In this document: in pieces, positions 61,168 to 64,000 of the stretch
Numbering within the stretch: the first letter of the stretch is position 1
How the letters are laid out: each line of letters begins with the position of its first letter
From: Octopus sinensis
Lineage: Eukaryota
NCBI RefSeq assembly: GCF_006345805.1
Contig: NC_043001.1
Coordinates: forward strand, 107,260,001-107,324,000
Reading direction: 5' to 3'
DNA: 64,000 nucleotides
The notes under the pieces: model-generated
Databases searched by the model: none
The model's input: only the letters and a program-made list of their open reading frames with translations
Told to the model about the DNA's origin: nothing
Translations under genes and position numbers: made by a program

Positions 61168-61547
61168 GGCACTCCGTCGGTTATGACGACGAGGGTTCCA
61201 GTTGATCCGATTTACGGAACAGCCTGCTCGTGAAATTAACGTACAAATGGCTGAGCACTCCACAGACATGTGCACCCTTAACGTATTTCTCGGGGAGATT
61301 CAGCGTGACACAGAGTGTGACAAAGCTGGCCCTTTCAAATACGGGTACAACAGAAACAAGAAGAAAGAGTGGGAGAAAGTTGTGGGGAAAAAATACAGTG
61401 GGGTTCACCACCATCTCCTGCCGAAGCCTCGTGGAGCTTTTATGTGTCATCGCTCAATAAACACTCACACGCCCGGTCTGGGAATCAAAACCGCGATCCT
61501 ATGACCGCGAGTCCGCTGCCCTAACTACTAGGCCATTGCACCTCCAC
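61168..61547 (-). mobile_element. SINE family 3, full length
   Basis: Head GTGGAGGTGCAATGGCC..., tail ...CCCTCGTCGTCATAACCGACGGAGTGCCA. Confidence 0.85.
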
Positions 61548-62317
61548 AATATATCGAATATTTCACAAAACCTTATAGGAAGCACTATAGGCGTAGGCAA
61601 GGCTATGAGGTAACCACATAGTTCCGGGTTCAGTCCCACTGCATGGCACCTTGGGCAAGTGTTTTCTACTATAGCCTTGGACCGACAAAGCCTTGTTATT
61701 GGATTTCATAAACGGAAACTAAAAGAAGCCTGTCGTATATATATATACACAGACATGTGTGTGTGTGTCTACCACCACTGCTTGACAACTGGTTATGGCC
61801 GTTCGGTAAAAGAAATAATAGCAACAGGTGTCTTTCGACTGAGAACGAATTAAATTGAACTGGCGTGTATGAAGTGAAAGCCTATAAGCAAGAACATAGG
61901 AGATAGCCATAAGAGGTGTTGGTGGTCGGCAGTCAGGCCAAGAAAGAAAGATCATGCCTGGCCGGACACCGGTCACATGGAAGGAGGAGAGAAGGGTAGG
62001 GACAGCGAGATTGAAGTATTAGAAAAAAAAATTAGAGACAAAAAGAAAGATACAGGGGAGATAAACGAGTGGCAGATAGTTAAAGAGAGGGCCAACAAAT
62101 GTGAGAGAGGAAGAACGAATTATGATTAAGGGTATCGAAGAGATATGACCATGCTAGAGATAGCAGTCCGAACTTGATTCTAAAACAACTTCATGAATTA
62201 GTGACAAAGCGTAGAAGTGGTCGCGAGTGAGTAAAATTTGAACTTAAGAATATTATTCACACACAGCCATGTGTGAATGAGATTTATTACAATTCATATT
62301 TATTACAATATAGTGTA

Positions 62318-62692
62318 GCCGGGCGAAATGCGTAACCGTATTTCGTCTGCCGTCACGTTCTGAGTTCAAATTCCGCCGAGGTTGACTTTGTCGTTCATCC
62401 TTTCGGGGTCGATAAATTAAGTACCAGTTACGCACTGGGGTCGATGTAATCGACTTAATCCGTTTGTCTGTCCTTGTTTGTCCCCTCTATGTTTAGCACC
62501 TTGTGGGTAGTATAGAAATAGGTATTTCGTCTGTATTTACGTTCTGAGTTCAAATTCCGCCGAGGTCGACTTTGCCTTTCATCCTTTCGGGGTCGATAAA
62601 TTAAGTACCATTTGCGTAGTGGGGTCTATATAATCAACTGGCCCCCTCCCCAACAAATGTTCGGGCCTTGTACATAGAGCAGAAAATAATAT
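62318..62692 (+). mobile_element. SINE family 2 dimer (tail B then tail A)
   Basis: Junction TATAGAAATA|GGTATTTCGTC at 62520/62521. Confidence 0.85.
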
Positions 62693-63232
62693 AATGTATT
62701 CTATGAATATGAGGTAGATCTTTGCAAGATACCTAAATACTGAATTGAATCAAACATTTTGTAATATTGGTTTCCAATTTTGGCAAAAGGCCATCAAATC
62801 CGGATGGGGCGAAAGTTGATTACATCGGCTTCAGTGCTCAGCTGATACTCATGTTATCGAGTACCGCGATAAGAAATGCCAAAGACGACCTTGATGGAAT
62901 TTGAACTCAGAATGCACAGATAGATGAAATACCACGAAGCTTTCACCCTGCATGTTAACGACTCTGTCATCTCGTCGTCCTAGTACTTGGAATAAATAAT
63001 AATATTACTCGAAAATTGCTTTACGTACTTTTGGCACATTTAGCTTATATAATAACATTTTTCATTTAAACTATTTTTTTAAAAGATTAGCACCATGACG
63101 CTCATCTTCATGAGTTCTATCATAGAAGCTAAACAAAAACAAAATGTTTAGGTTTTTGATTCGCTTTTAGGCGTTACCTCTTTTTTCGGCACGTTTGGCC
63201 CCAGTAGTTTTTTTATTTAATTTTTTTTATAT

Positions 63233-63337
63233 CTGTGTGGTAAGTAGCTTGCTTGCCAACCACAGCCTCTTCTACTATAGCCTACCAAAGCCTTGTGAGT
63301 GGATTTGGTAGACGGAAACTGAAAGAAGCCCGTCGTT

Positions 63338-63382
<45 letters not shown>

Positions 63383-63593
63383 GTATCTGCATATGTGAGT
63401 CTGTGTTTGTCCCCCAACATCGCTTGACAACCGATGGTGGTGTGTTTACGTCCCCGTAATTTAGCGGTTCAGCAAAAGACACCGATAGAATAAGTACTAG
63501 GCTTACAAAGAATGAGTCCTAGTGTCGATTTGCTCGACTAAAGGCGGTGCTCCAGCATGGCCACAGTCAAATGACCGAAACAAGTAAAAGAGT
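63233..63593 (+). mobile_element. SINE family 1 with internal deletion
   Basis: Head fragment CTGTGTGGTAAGTAGC; complete tail. Confidence 0.8.
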
Positions 63594-63876
63594 ATATATA
63601 TATATATAATTATCGCCATGGGATTCTTGTTTTCGAGATCTATGAGAAAAATTAAATTTAAATATAGCTTTCTTTTGAAAGAAGAAGAATATTCGGACTC
63701 AAAGTCGATTTCAGGCGTTCTTATAACGCTTGTGGCCTCACATTTTACTCAAAATTATTTTCTACTGAATCAATTTTTGAAATGTAGCTTATGATGTGAC
63801 CAATCAAAAAATGTAAATCTCATCTAATTTGGTTTAAAACTGTGTTAGAGACAAAGCCTACACACACACACACACT

Positions 63877-63923
<47 letters not shown>

Positions 63924-64000
63924 ACACACGCACACACACACACACTCATACACATGCTCATACATGCACGCACAAATATTGTATAACCAAATGATAGTTT

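Overview
This is eukaryotic, very AT-rich and microsatellite-dense intronic or intergenic DNA. The repeat families look like those of an octopus genome; that assignment is inferred from recognising the SINEs and is not verified. I can support no intact host protein-coding gene, and most ORFs in the track are (TA)n/(CA)n/(ATCT)n artefacts. The window is a transposon graveyard. It holds dozens of tRNA-derived SINEs (at least four head types with swapped 3' tails), three R4/Dong LINE pieces that all start in (TAA)n, CR1-, RTE- and possibly HERO-like LINE remnants, and a decayed Ty3/Gypsy pol. It also holds a Tc1 element, a rosa-like element, two mariner MITEs, a Merlin MITE with an 8-bp TSD, and several Helitrons, two of them with Pif1 helicase remnants. 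The most unusual signal is a set of sequence-unrelated minimal type I hammerhead-ribozyme (HHR) motifs of the Penelope-like-element kind. They lie in a head-to-tail dimer of a near-perfect 210-bp palindrome (48038-48645, 325-nt spacing between predicted cleavage sites, motifs on both strands), in a 274-bp inverted pair (9138-9411), at the 3' end of a tRNA-headed SINE (33427-33472), in a small palindrome (31328-31410) and at 40351-40386. Also notable are a recurrent exact SINE-SINE concatemer junction and a SINE/CR1 shared 3' stem-loop with compensatory changes. All coordinates and alignments were read by eye and may be off by a few bases.
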